A DNA stretch of 64,000 nt from a virus, in the IMG/VR virus record IMGVR_UViG_3300032242_001280; one strand, 5' to 3'. Positions 1-7,764 of the stretch are shown here, one piece after another; the stretch's first letter is position 1, and each line of letters opens with the position of its first letter. The translations under genes were made by a program, and so were the position numbers. Below the pieces are notes generated by a model, which worked only from the letters and a program-made list of their open reading frames with translations, was not told the DNA's origin and did not search any database.

Positions 1-290
1 CAGAGATCAAGTTTGCTTGAGTAGCTGCATTGCTATAAAGAATTGTGATGTCGCTTGCTTGACTTGCGGCATTACTTGTTAAAGTAGAAATTGCACTATT
101 GGCAGCAGTTATATTTGCATTAATTGCAGAGATCAAGTTTGCTTGAGTAGCTGCATTGCTATAAAGAATTGTGATATCGCTTGCTTGACTCGCAGCATTT
201 GAAGTAAGAGTAGAAATTGAACTGTTAGCAGCAGTTATATTTGCATTAATTGCAGAGATCAAATTAGCTTGTGTAGCTGCATTGCTATAA
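1..290. repeat. 126-bp (42-aa, six-heptad) coding tandem repeat
   Basis: CAGAGATCAA recurs at 1, 127 and 253; unit encodes LYSNAATQANLISAINANITAANSxISTLTSNAASQASDITI. Confidence 0.9.
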
Positions 291-1327
291 AGCGCGATAA
301 TAGTGCTATCGGTTGGAAGATATACACCAACATTAGAATTGCCATATGTGCTGCTTTGTGCAATACCAGTTAGATAGTATCCATTACCAATATGAAATGC
401 AGCATTAATATTACCTGCATAAGTTGGCAGATAAGAAGCAACATTTGAGTTACTGTATGCTGTACCAGAGGTTACCGTGTTGCCACCAATAAGCAATGAT
501 CCGTTGGCAACTTGAACAGCAGTTCCACCAATATAAATTGTATTGTTACTTACATATAAACTTTTCCATTGATGAGCAATACTGCCTAAACTATATACTG
601 CATTTCCAGATGGAAGAATATTGCCAGTAATGTTAATATCAGTTACAATACTATTTGCAAGATATGCAGCAACATTTGTATTACTATAATTTGATATAAT
701 GCCGCTTAGATAATACCCATTGCCGCTATAGTATGTTGCGCTAACATTACCACTTGCGCTTATATTACCGCTCGCAATGATACTATTTGCATATTCAGTT
801 TTAGAAATCGTTTCGTAATTTTGAGTAACAATATTACCAGTTACAAATAAATTTCCACTTACAGTCAAATTACCTGCAGTAATATTTCCACTATAATTAT
901 TAGCAAAATATGCAGCACTGTTAGCATTAGCATATGTTGCCAAACTAGTTATAGCAGTTGATTGTAAAGCAGCATTTGAATATAGTGATGTTAATACACT
1001 AGCACCATTTACATTTAAATTTCCGTTATTGTCTATGGTAAGAGATGCGCCATCAAGAATAATAGCATTGCTGATATACAGGTTACTCCAACGATTAGAC
1101 GAATTTCCCAAAGTAAAATAATTGTCAGTTGTTGGATTAACATTAGCGTAAATATTTCCAATAGCAGCATTAACATTAGTATAAAGAATACGCTGACCGC
1201 CTGGCGTAACGCCGTCCATCACATATACATAATCTGTTGTTTCATCAATTACCAATTCACCGTTGTGTCCAACGAGATTACCAATTGCTAACGGGCTTAA
1301 TTTACCAAAATAACGACGCAGAGCCAT
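1..1327 (-). CDS. Partial fibre/decoration-like virion protein (runs off the left edge) with an Mtd-N/hyaluronidase-N-like N-terminus and coiled-coil repeats
   Basis: Not in the ORF track. Manual translation from ATG 1327 gives MALRRYFGKLSPLAIGNLVGHNGELVIDETTDYVYVMDGVTPGG..., open to the edge. AGGA RBS and TAAATA lie upstream. Contains YSNSNVAxYL repeats and 42-aa repeats. Confidence 0.8.
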   Translation of the reverse strand, partial: MALRRYFGKLSPLAIGNLVGHNGELVIDETTDYVYVMDGVTPGGQRILYTNVNAAIGNIYANVNPTTDNYFTLGNSSNRWSNLYISNAIILDGASLTIDNNGNLNVNGASVLTSLYSNAALQSTAITSLATYANANSAAYFANNYSGNITAGNLTVSGNLFVTGNIVTQNYETISKTEYANSIIASGNISASGNVSATYYSGNGYYLSGIISNYSNTNVAAYLANSIVTDINITGNILPSGNAVYSLGSIAHQWKSLYVSNNTIYIGGTAVQVANGSLLIGGNTVTSGTAYSNSNVASYLPTYAGNINAAFHIGNGYYLTGIAQSSTYGNSNVGVYLPTDSTIIALYSNAATQANLISAINANITAANSSISTLTSNAASQASDITILYSNAATQANLISAINANITAANSAISTLTSNAASQASDITILYSNAATQANLIS

Positions 1328-1347
1328 GCTTATTTCCTAGTATCTTA

Positions 1348-1353
1348 TATTTA
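1348..1353 (-). promoter_or_regulatory. Late promoter core TAAATA
   Basis: Same hexamer lies just upstream of most structural genes; T4 gp55 recognises TATAAATA. Confidence 0.6.
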
Positions 1354-1378
1354 CCATTAGATTAATGTTTATTAACCC

Positions 1379-1393
1379 ATGCTACAGATGCAT
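1379..1393. promoter_or_regulatory. LysR-type (T-N11-A) palindromic box ATGC-N7-GCAT
   Basis: ATGCtacagatGCAT, centred roughly 75 bp upstream of the predicted DUF1127 transcription start. Confidence 0.5.
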
Positions 1394-1404
1394 AGCAGGT
1401 AGGT

Positions 1405-1437
1405 TTGCAGTGCAGTTAAAAAGATGTTGCAGCGCAA
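1405..1437. promoter_or_regulatory. Two TGC-N3-GCA boxes (PhaR/AniA-like)
   Basis: TGCagtGCA at 1406-1414 and TTGCagcGCAA at 1427-1437, 22 bp apart; the second overlaps the -35 element. Confidence 0.45.
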
Positions 1438-1455
1438 TAAATAGTGGCGTATAAT
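1427..1455 (+). promoter_or_regulatory. Sigma70-type promoter for the DUF1127 unit
   Basis: TTGCAG-N17-TATAAT. Confidence 0.7.
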
Positions 1456-1477
1456 GCATAACAAGTGGAGAAAAAAC

Positions 1478-1639
1478 ATGAATACCATCGTAAAACGCAT
1501 AGCAACAAAGATAGCAAAATATAATCGTTATCGTCGTACTGTTATTGAACTAAGCAATCTAACTAATCGTGATCTTGCAGATATTGGAATTTCACGCTGT
1601 GACATTCCTCGTGTTGCACAGATGCAAGTAAGTCGTTAA
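1478..1639 (+). CDS. DUF1127 (YjiS-like) small Arg-rich protein, 53 aa
   Basis: RYRRTVIELSNLTNRDLADIGISRCDI matches the DUF1127 signature (L..L.D..L.DIG+SR.+I). GGAG at 1467-1470 favours ATG 1478; the track start at 1454 overlaps the -10 box. Confidence 0.88.
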   Translation: MNTIVKRIATKIAKYNRYRRTVIELSNLTNRDLADIGISRCDIPRVAQMQVSR

Positions 1640-1652
1640 TAAGGAGATAGCC

Positions 1653-1688
1653 ATGTTACCAGGCTGGCCAGAAATTAGAGAAAGATAA
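1653..1688 (+). CDS. Putative 11-aa micropeptide MLPGWPEIRER
   Basis: TAAGGAG Shine-Dalgarno 6 nt before the ATG, tandem TAA TAA stops, lies between DUF1127 and the terminator. Confidence 0.5.
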   Translation: MLPGWPEIRER

Positions 1689-1690
1689 TA

Positions 1691-1716
1691 AAAAACCCCC
1701 TTTTCAGGGGGTTTTT
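1691..1716. terminator. Bidirectional intrinsic terminator
   Basis: AAAAACCCCCT-TTTC-AGGGGGTTTTT between the convergent DUF1127 unit and major capsid gene. Confidence 0.9.
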
Positions 1717-1739
1717 CTTTATTAGGACTTTAAACCAGA

Positions 1740-2936
1740 TTACTGGAATGAAAGGTTGCTTACAGCAATTTCACTTAGGTAATCGGCTGCGTTACCGAAT
1801 GAACTTGCTGGGTTAGTAAGTTCAACGAATCCGTAACGAGTCATGAAGCCAACAACTGGCTCGAATGTTGATGGATCAAGGATCACACCAGAAGACATTA
1901 GAGGGATGTATGGGCAATAGAACGCTGCTGCGTCTGCTTCGCTTGAACCTTTGTAACCAACTAGAACTGGAATAGTGTCAGTTGCATAGCTGTCAACATA
2001 GATACGCATTGCGCCGTTTAGAGTACCAACGAACTTAGTGTTTGTTGGAGCTTCAAAAGCGCCTTCAGTAGTACGAGCGAAAGCTGAAGTAGTTGCACTC
2101 TGTAGAACAGTTAGAGCAGCACTTGAAACAACAGCCCAGTTACCTGCACCACGACGAGTGCGCTGTGCAATTAGGTTAGCAGCACGGTTGATTAGAACTG
2201 CTAGAGCAGCATGTTCGTCACCAACGAATGTTGCAGTACCACTTACAGTAGCTTGGTTGAATGTATATTCAGTTGCAGCTAGTGAGCGTAGGCTGTAAAG
2301 GATTTCTTGATCGATTTCAGCAGTGATTTCTTGTGCCAAAGCTGCCATAATTTCAGCTTCGATATCAAGACCATGCATTGCTTGAGCGTCTTGAGCAGCT
2401 TCAAAAGTCCAACGAGCTGAGAGCTTACGAGTCTTAGCTTCAACTGGTTGCTTTAGAATTTGCACATTCAAACGACGACCAGGAGTACCTTCGAGAGCAC
2501 CAGTTGAGCCAGGGAAACCATCACCATTAACGCCTGGCGCAGCACCTGAATAACCGCTAGCGATCTTGAAAGGTGAAAGTGCTTCGTCACTTGCTGCAGT
2601 ATTAGTACCAAACTGGCCTGAACCAGTTGATGTAAAGCTATCAGCATAACGAACACGGAGTGTGTGAATCTGTGCTACAGGTCCAGTCATTGGCTGTACA
2701 CCAACGATTTCGTTGGCAATAACAGTCGGCATAACACGACGGATAACAGGTAGAATTACACGGTTTAGAGTAGCGACATTGCCAGCAGCAGTTGCACCTG
2801 CTGAAGCATTTTCCGCTAGATACTTCTTGGTATTTTCCAATACCATAGACATTGTTGTACGACGATTACCGCTTAAGCCTTCGAGTAGGGCTGCTTTGGT
2901 TTCGTCCCAACGGCCTTCAATTAGTTCTTGTGTCAT
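1740..2936 (-). CDS. gp23: Major capsid protein, T4 gp23-like
   Basis: Motifs GVQPMTGP, KTRKLSARWTFEAAQD, EITAEIDQEIL, YCPYIPL, GFMTRYG. Confidence 0.97.
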   Translation of the reverse strand: MTQELIEGRWDETKAALLEGLSGNRRTTMSMVLENTKKYLAENASAGATAAGNVATLNRVILPVIRRVMPTVIANEIVGVQPMTGPVAQIHTLRVRYADSFTSTGSGQFGTNTAASDEALSPFKIASGYSGAAPGVNGDGFPGSTGALEGTPGRRLNVQILKQPVEAKTRKLSARWTFEAAQDAQAMHGLDIEAEIMAALAQEITAEIDQEILYSLRSLAATEYTFNQATVSGTATFVGDEHAALAVLINRAANLIAQRTRRGAGNWAVVSSAALTVLQSATTSAFARTTEGAFEAPTNTKFVGTLNGAMRIYVDSYATDTIPVLVGYKGSSEADAAAFYCPYIPLMSSGVILDPSTFEPVVGFMTRYGFVELTNPASSFGNAADYLSEIAVSNLSFQ

Positions 2937-2953
2937 AGGGTCTTCTCCAATTT

Positions 2954-4054
2954 TTAATTTCTTATTAGTCCAGCCAGACGCTTCATTTCAACGATGTTGT
3001 TTGAACTCTGATCAGGTTTAACAGTACGGTTACCAGTTACTTCAGTATGACTTTCTGCAATTACCTGCTTTGAAACAGGAGCAACTACAGCGTTGCCTTC
3101 CATAACATGGTTCAAATACTTTTTAAATGCTGCGTCTAGTTTGTCTGTTGGGACTGATTCCAGCAGTGTTGACATCACAGCGGCTTTGTCTTTGCTTAAT
3201 GTCTTAAGCAAATTGTTGAGTTTACCGTTTCTTTCCATGTTTTCATTGATACGACGGATTTCTTGGTTTTTCATCTTAACTTCAGTCAGTGCACGAGCTT
3301 CGGCATCACGAGCTTCACTAATTTGATTAGACATTTCGTTAATCTTTTTAGTAAGTTTCTTGATGTCAGCGCGTTCGTTAAGATAACTTGCGCCGAATTC
3401 AGTTGCAAAAGCTTCAAAGATTTTGCGACCAAAGTTATTTTCTTTGGCTTCTTGAATATCGGTCTTGAGTTGATTTAATTCTGAACGCAAATGATTTGTT
3501 ACAGTGTTTTCAACCAATGAACTTGCTTTCTTAACAAAACTTTCACGAAGAGCTTCAAGCTTCTTGCGGCCTTCAGTAACAACTGCTACCTTAGTGCGAG
3601 CAAGATCAATCTTATCTTGTGTAAATTCTGAGATTTCAGCCTTAAGATTAGTAGCAACAAATGCTTCTAGTTTCTTAATTGTGTTTTGCATTGTAGCACG
3701 ATCACTACGAAGTTCAGCAATTTCGCCAGCTAGTGATTCTGATAGATAGCTATCAAAATTCTTTGCCTTCTGCATCATTTGCTGTGTGAACTTCACACGA
3801 TCTTCTGTAACTGCTTCACGCTCTGCAGCAATCTTACGAACTTCTGCAGTTAGTGATTCGTTAACCATCTTGTCCAGAGCTTCAACCATAACAGCACGGT
3901 CATGTGAATAACGACCTGCCATTTCATCACGAATTTCTGTACGAATCTGCTCACGAGCTTCTGAAAGTTTCTGATTCCAGCTTTCTTCCAGAGCCTTACG
4001 AGTATCTTCGTTCAGGATTCCGTTATCTAGTAATGGTTTTAGAGCTTCGAACAT
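2954..4054 (-). CDS. gp22: Prohead core scaffolding protein, gp22-like
   Basis: Coiled-coil protein with FGRKIFEAF motif, located between protease and capsid genes. Confidence 0.85.
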   Translation of the reverse strand: MFEALKPLLDNGILNEDTRKALEESWNQKLSEAREQIRTEIRDEMAGRYSHDRAVMVEALDKMVNESLTAEVRKIAAEREAVTEDRVKFTQQMMQKAKNFDSYLSESLAGEIAELRSDRATMQNTIKKLEAFVATNLKAEISEFTQDKIDLARTKVAVVTEGRKKLEALRESFVKKASSLVENTVTNHLRSELNQLKTDIQEAKENNFGRKIFEAFATEFGASYLNERADIKKLTKKINEMSNQISEARDAEARALTEVKMKNQEIRRINENMERNGKLNNLLKTLSKDKAAVMSTLLESVPTDKLDAAFKKYLNHVMEGNAVVAPVSKQVIAESHTEVTGNRTVKPDQSSNNIVEMKRLAGLIRN

Positions 4055-4070
4055 TAATATTCTCCCGAAC

Positions 4071-4697
4071 TTATATTTTCAATTCAGTAACAAATTTACG
4101 GATTTCTTCCTGTAAATATTTCTGAACTCGTTGATCTTTGTTTAAATCTTTAGCCATATCTAATACACGATGTCCACCTTTCATATTCATGAGTCCTTCA
4201 TAGACTGCAGTTGGGTAGGCATTAGGTGCACTAGGTTGTGCTACTATATCAACAGTAACGATATCAAAATCGCTAACTGCGCCGTCGTGTTCATTAACAT
4301 TACCTGATCCACGACTGCTTACTCCTAGTTTTACACCACTTTCTAACATGGTGCGAACTAAATTACCCATTGGGGTGGGCAAAATTTTCATCTTTCCAAA
4401 ACCATTTGGTCCGTCTAACCACATTTCTGTAATCATATGACTTACACGGTCAAGATTGATGCGTAGGTTGGTTGGATGATCTACTTCACCCAACACACTA
4501 TAACCTGTTTTAATTTGCTTATTGAGTGTTTCAATAGCACGATTGATTTCGGTGATAGGATATACACGACTGTTAGCGTTTTTCACACCACCTTGGATAC
4601 AAATGCCTTTCAGATAAAGGTTTTTACCTTCATCTGAATGACTCATTTCCATTTTAGCCTGATCGTAACTAAGATTTTCGATAAGCAAATTACTCAT
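4071..4697 (-). CDS. gp21: Prohead protease, gp21-like
   Basis: Motifs KNANSRVYP, GEVDHP, LGVSSRGSG, DIVAQPSAPNAYP. Confidence 0.95.
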   Translation of the reverse strand: MSNLLIENLSYDQAKMEMSHSDEGKNLYLKGICIQGGVKNANSRVYPITEINRAIETLNKQIKTGYSVLGEVDHPTNLRINLDRVSHMITEMWLDGPNGFGKMKILPTPMGNLVRTMLESGVKLGVSSRGSGNVNEHDGAVSDFDIVTVDIVAQPSAPNAYPTAVYEGLMNMKGGHRVLDMAKDLNKDQRVQKYLQEEIRKFVTELKI

Positions 4698-4709
4698 TAT
4701 TATTCCTTA

Positions 4710-5585
4710 TTAGCGAGGTAGAACATCTTTCTTATTGATGTTTGGACCGCCGCCTGTTGCAAACTTGCCTTCTGCGCTTTGTGGCTTCTTAGCGTTTGAG
4801 AAAGCCTTGCCGCCGTTTGCGCCTGGAGTGTTTAGAAACTTGCCATTGCCTGGAAGCTTGCCTTCACCCTTGCTATATTCATTGCGCGGACCTTTATAAG
4901 TTTTGCCATCTGGGTCTTCGTTTGTGTCACCACGCACTAGATTCTTAACAGTGCCGCCCATATCGTTCTTACCAGCAACAACGCTTTTTGGATTTGTTTC
5001 ACCAGTCTTTATAAACTCACCAGTACCAGCACCAACTGGCTTACCATTTGGTTTTCCTGCAAACTCACCCTTATAAGCTTCACCAGCCTTTTCAACATAC
5101 TCACGAACTACGCCTTCTTCTGGTGTACCCATGCCCTGATGTTCTGGTTCTTCTGCTTCTTGTGACATTAGCTTTTCAAACTCAGCTTTTAGAGCATCAA
5201 GTTCATCTTCGAAACTTGCAAGATCGCCTTTAGTTGCTGGTTCGTCATGATCGCCCATGCCATCATTATCTGAATCTAGGCTATCATCTTCATCGTCGTC
5301 GCCCATTTCCATACCATCATCGCCCATGTCCATATCGTCATGGTCCATGCCTTCATGATCTGCTTCGATATCATGCATCATGTCATCTGTCTGGTCCATG
5401 CTGTCGCCAGCTTCGTCCATGTCATGATCATAATTTTCGTCCATTTCTTCTTCCATTTCTTCAGCAACGAGTTCGTTGTAAAGATCACGGCTCTTTTCGA
5501 CAACGAGGTTATGGAATAGTTCCTTGGCCTTGTCGGTTTCATCATTGATGATGTATTCAATAAGTTGTTCGTAACGACTACGCAT
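4710..5585 (-). CDS. Acidic prohead core/internal protein (gp67-like position)
   Basis: D/E/M/H-rich middle and G/K-rich tail; AGGAG RBS; head-module synteny. Confidence 0.6.
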   Translation of the reverse strand: MRSRYEQLIEYIINDETDKAKELFHNLVVEKSRDLYNELVAEEMEEEMDENYDHDMDEAGDSMDQTDDMMHDIEADHEGMDHDDMDMGDDGMEMGDDDEDDSLDSDNDGMGDHDEPATKGDLASFEDELDALKAEFEKLMSQEAEEPEHQGMGTPEEGVVREYVEKAGEAYKGEFAGKPNGKPVGAGTGEFIKTGETNPKSVVAGKNDMGGTVKNLVRGDTNEDPDGKTYKGPRNEYSKGEGKLPGNGKFLNTPGANGGKAFSNAKKPQSAEGKFATGGGPNINKKDVLPR

Positions 5586-5620
5586 ATGTTAAACTCCTGT
5601 TGGGTTTTGTCCTATGTTTA

Positions 5621-5626
5621 TATTTA
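5621..5626 (-). promoter_or_regulatory. Late promoter core TAAATA
   Basis: Intergenic, ~35 nt upstream of ATG 5585. Confidence 0.6.
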
Positions 5627-5681
5627 ATAAGACGCTGTAAATACCTGTTCAAATAGGTTGTTTTTGACGATTTTGTGAATT

Positions 5682-5903
5682 TTAGGCTGGCGGTGCTGCT
5701 GCAGTAGCGCCATATTGCTGACGAACTCTAGTCATTTGTTCAGCATACTCTACATTGCGTTGATCATTCATCTTACGAAGTTGATTAATTTGTGCAAGTG
5801 TAAGTCTAGTTTTACGAAGATCGGTCATTTTTGTAGTACTTTGATCACGGCTAAGGTCTTGAAAAGCTCCGTTCTCATCATTAAACATTTCGTTTAGTAC
5901 CAT
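5682..5903 (-). CDS. Small head-module protein
   Basis: RKTRLTLxQINxLRxM motif; GGAG RBS; own TAAATA at 5924-5929; directly downstream of the portal gene. Confidence 0.7.
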   Translation of the reverse strand: MVLNEMFNDENGAFQDLSRDQSTTKMTDLRKTRLTLAQINQLRKMNDQRNVEYAEQMTRVRQQYGATAAAPPA

Positions 5904-5935
5904 TATAAAAATCTCCAGTAAATTATTTAGCGTTA

Positions 5936-7723
5936 TTAACCGCCACCAAGTGCTGCGCCAGCAGTAGCGCCACCTGCAGCACCGCCGCCAGCACCGCCAG
6001 TTGGACTTGGAGCACCTGCTGCACCAATTTCTCCGCCTGGTTCTGGAGGAGGACTACCCCCTAATCCGCCTTCTTGACCAGTAGCTTCAATATCACTTAG
6101 CGTTTCAAGGTCAGTATTAATACCGCCAGGCGTTACGCCTACTGTACGAAGATCACTGCCTTGCATTGCGTTTTCTGGAGTTTTTTCGCCACGCTCTTCA
6201 TGCCACATTCTATCGTTTTCTGCCATTTCAATCTCGCTAAGACCAAGATATTTCTTCATCATAAATCTCTTGCTAAGAAACTCAGTAGCAATGATTTGAG
6301 TAAATGCACCAATTCTGCTGGTGTTTAGTTCAATTTCACGATAAGCAGCAAAGTTTTGTGGCTCATTGAAACGCAATTCAAAAATAGAGTTATCAAGATT
6401 GAATCCACGCCATTTTAAAAATAATTTAAATTCTGTATCAAACTTTGGAGAAATGTATTTTTGTAAACGCTTGCAATATTCATTGAAACGATATTCTTGA
6501 ATAAGTGCAGTTGTTACTTTGCCATCACTAAATGCGCGTTCACTTTCTTCTGGACCTGTCGGAAGATAAGAACTAGGTATACGAAGAGCGCGATACATCT
6601 TGTTAGTAAAGAATCGCAGATCATCAATCTCGCCTAGATTTTGACCGCCTGGCAATACTTCAACAGATGAACCACGACCTTCTGCTGTTTGTGGAAAGAA
6701 GAAATCTTCGTTCATGCTCATTGGATTATAAGAAGCATCCATAAGATTGCTACCACCACCACTTTGTGTAGGTATGCGGCGTTGATTGATTTCATTCTTA
6801 ACACGCTCAACAAATTGCATTGCAAGATGCGCTGGCATATTACCAACATCAATCTTAAACATGCGGCGTTCAGGAGCACGAGAGATACGATAGATTAGAA
6901 TAGCGTCTTCTAATAGTTCTTTTTGCTTGAATACTTTAAAGATAGCTTCAAACAGACTAACGCCAAACGGCCAGTTAACATCTAAACCTTCTGTCAAACT
7001 CAAATGAACAATATGTTCTGCTGCAACAGGAAACTCGTTGTTACCTGCACCAAAGCGAGTATTAGGTGAAAATAATTCACCGCCAGCAGTATAACTTCTG
7101 CTGCCGCCCATATAAGGAGCAAATGCATAACTGTCATTTGGACCAGGCGGTCTCGTAATAGTATTGTTTTGTAGATTAGGATTCAAGTCACGGATATAAT
7201 AGATTTCTGGAACCTTGCCTTGACTTTCATTGACAATAACTTTAGATACACGATTCATTTCAGTCCAGAACCATTTATAAGTTTCTGGGTCACGAACAAA
7301 TACTTGATCACCATATTTCAGCGTATTACGAAAAATTTTAAACATGCGCTGGTCAAATTCATTTAACTTATACCAAGCAATAAGTTGTTCTTTTAGAATC
7401 ATTGTTTCATTTTCAGTAGCATCTTCATGAAAATGTAACTGAAAAGCTGTTCTGGTATCTTCGTTTGTTTGTGTGCAGAACTCACTCAAGATATCCATTG
7501 CACTATTTGCTTCGCTATCTAAATCCATGTTTTCGTATTGAGTATAACGATCAATACGATTAGGATGACCGCTGTAAACATCTGGTAACATGCTTTGATA
7601 GTTGCGATATGCAGCATTTGCTTGTGAACCAAGATAGTTATAACTGCTATAATCAGTTACACTGCCATTAACTGGGCTGTATGCACCATCACTTACAATA
7701 CGCCAATGCTTTTTCCACGCCAT
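5936..7723 (-). CDS. gp20: Portal vertex protein, gp20-like
   Basis: Motifs LLEDAILIYRISRAPERRMFKIDVGNMP, EDFFFP, LPGGQNLGEIDDLRFF; TAAATA at 7743-7748. Confidence 0.96.
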   Translation of the reverse strand: MAWKKHWRIVSDGAYSPVNGSVTDYSSYNYLGSQANAAYRNYQSMLPDVYSGHPNRIDRYTQYENMDLDSEANSAMDILSEFCTQTNEDTRTAFQLHFHEDATENETMILKEQLIAWYKLNEFDQRMFKIFRNTLKYGDQVFVRDPETYKWFWTEMNRVSKVIVNESQGKVPEIYYIRDLNPNLQNNTITRPPGPNDSYAFAPYMGGSRSYTAGGELFSPNTRFGAGNNEFPVAAEHIVHLSLTEGLDVNWPFGVSLFEAIFKVFKQKELLEDAILIYRISRAPERRMFKIDVGNMPAHLAMQFVERVKNEINQRRIPTQSGGGSNLMDASYNPMSMNEDFFFPQTAEGRGSSVEVLPGGQNLGEIDDLRFFTNKMYRALRIPSSYLPTGPEESERAFSDGKVTTALIQEYRFNEYCKRLQKYISPKFDTEFKLFLKWRGFNLDNSIFELRFNEPQNFAAYREIELNTSRIGAFTQIIATEFLSKRFMMKKYLGLSEIEMAENDRMWHEERGEKTPENAMQGSDLRTVGVTPGGINTDLETLSDIEATGQEGGLGGSPPPEPGGEIGAAGAPSPTGGAGGGAAGGATAGAALGGG

Positions 7724-7764
7724 ATTTCTAATCCTCGTAGGATATTTATTGAAATATACAGCTA

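Noticed and set aside
1-1327. Diversity-generating retroelement suggested by the Mtd-N-like domain
   Set aside because: No reverse transcriptase or adenine-specific TR/VR pair in the window.
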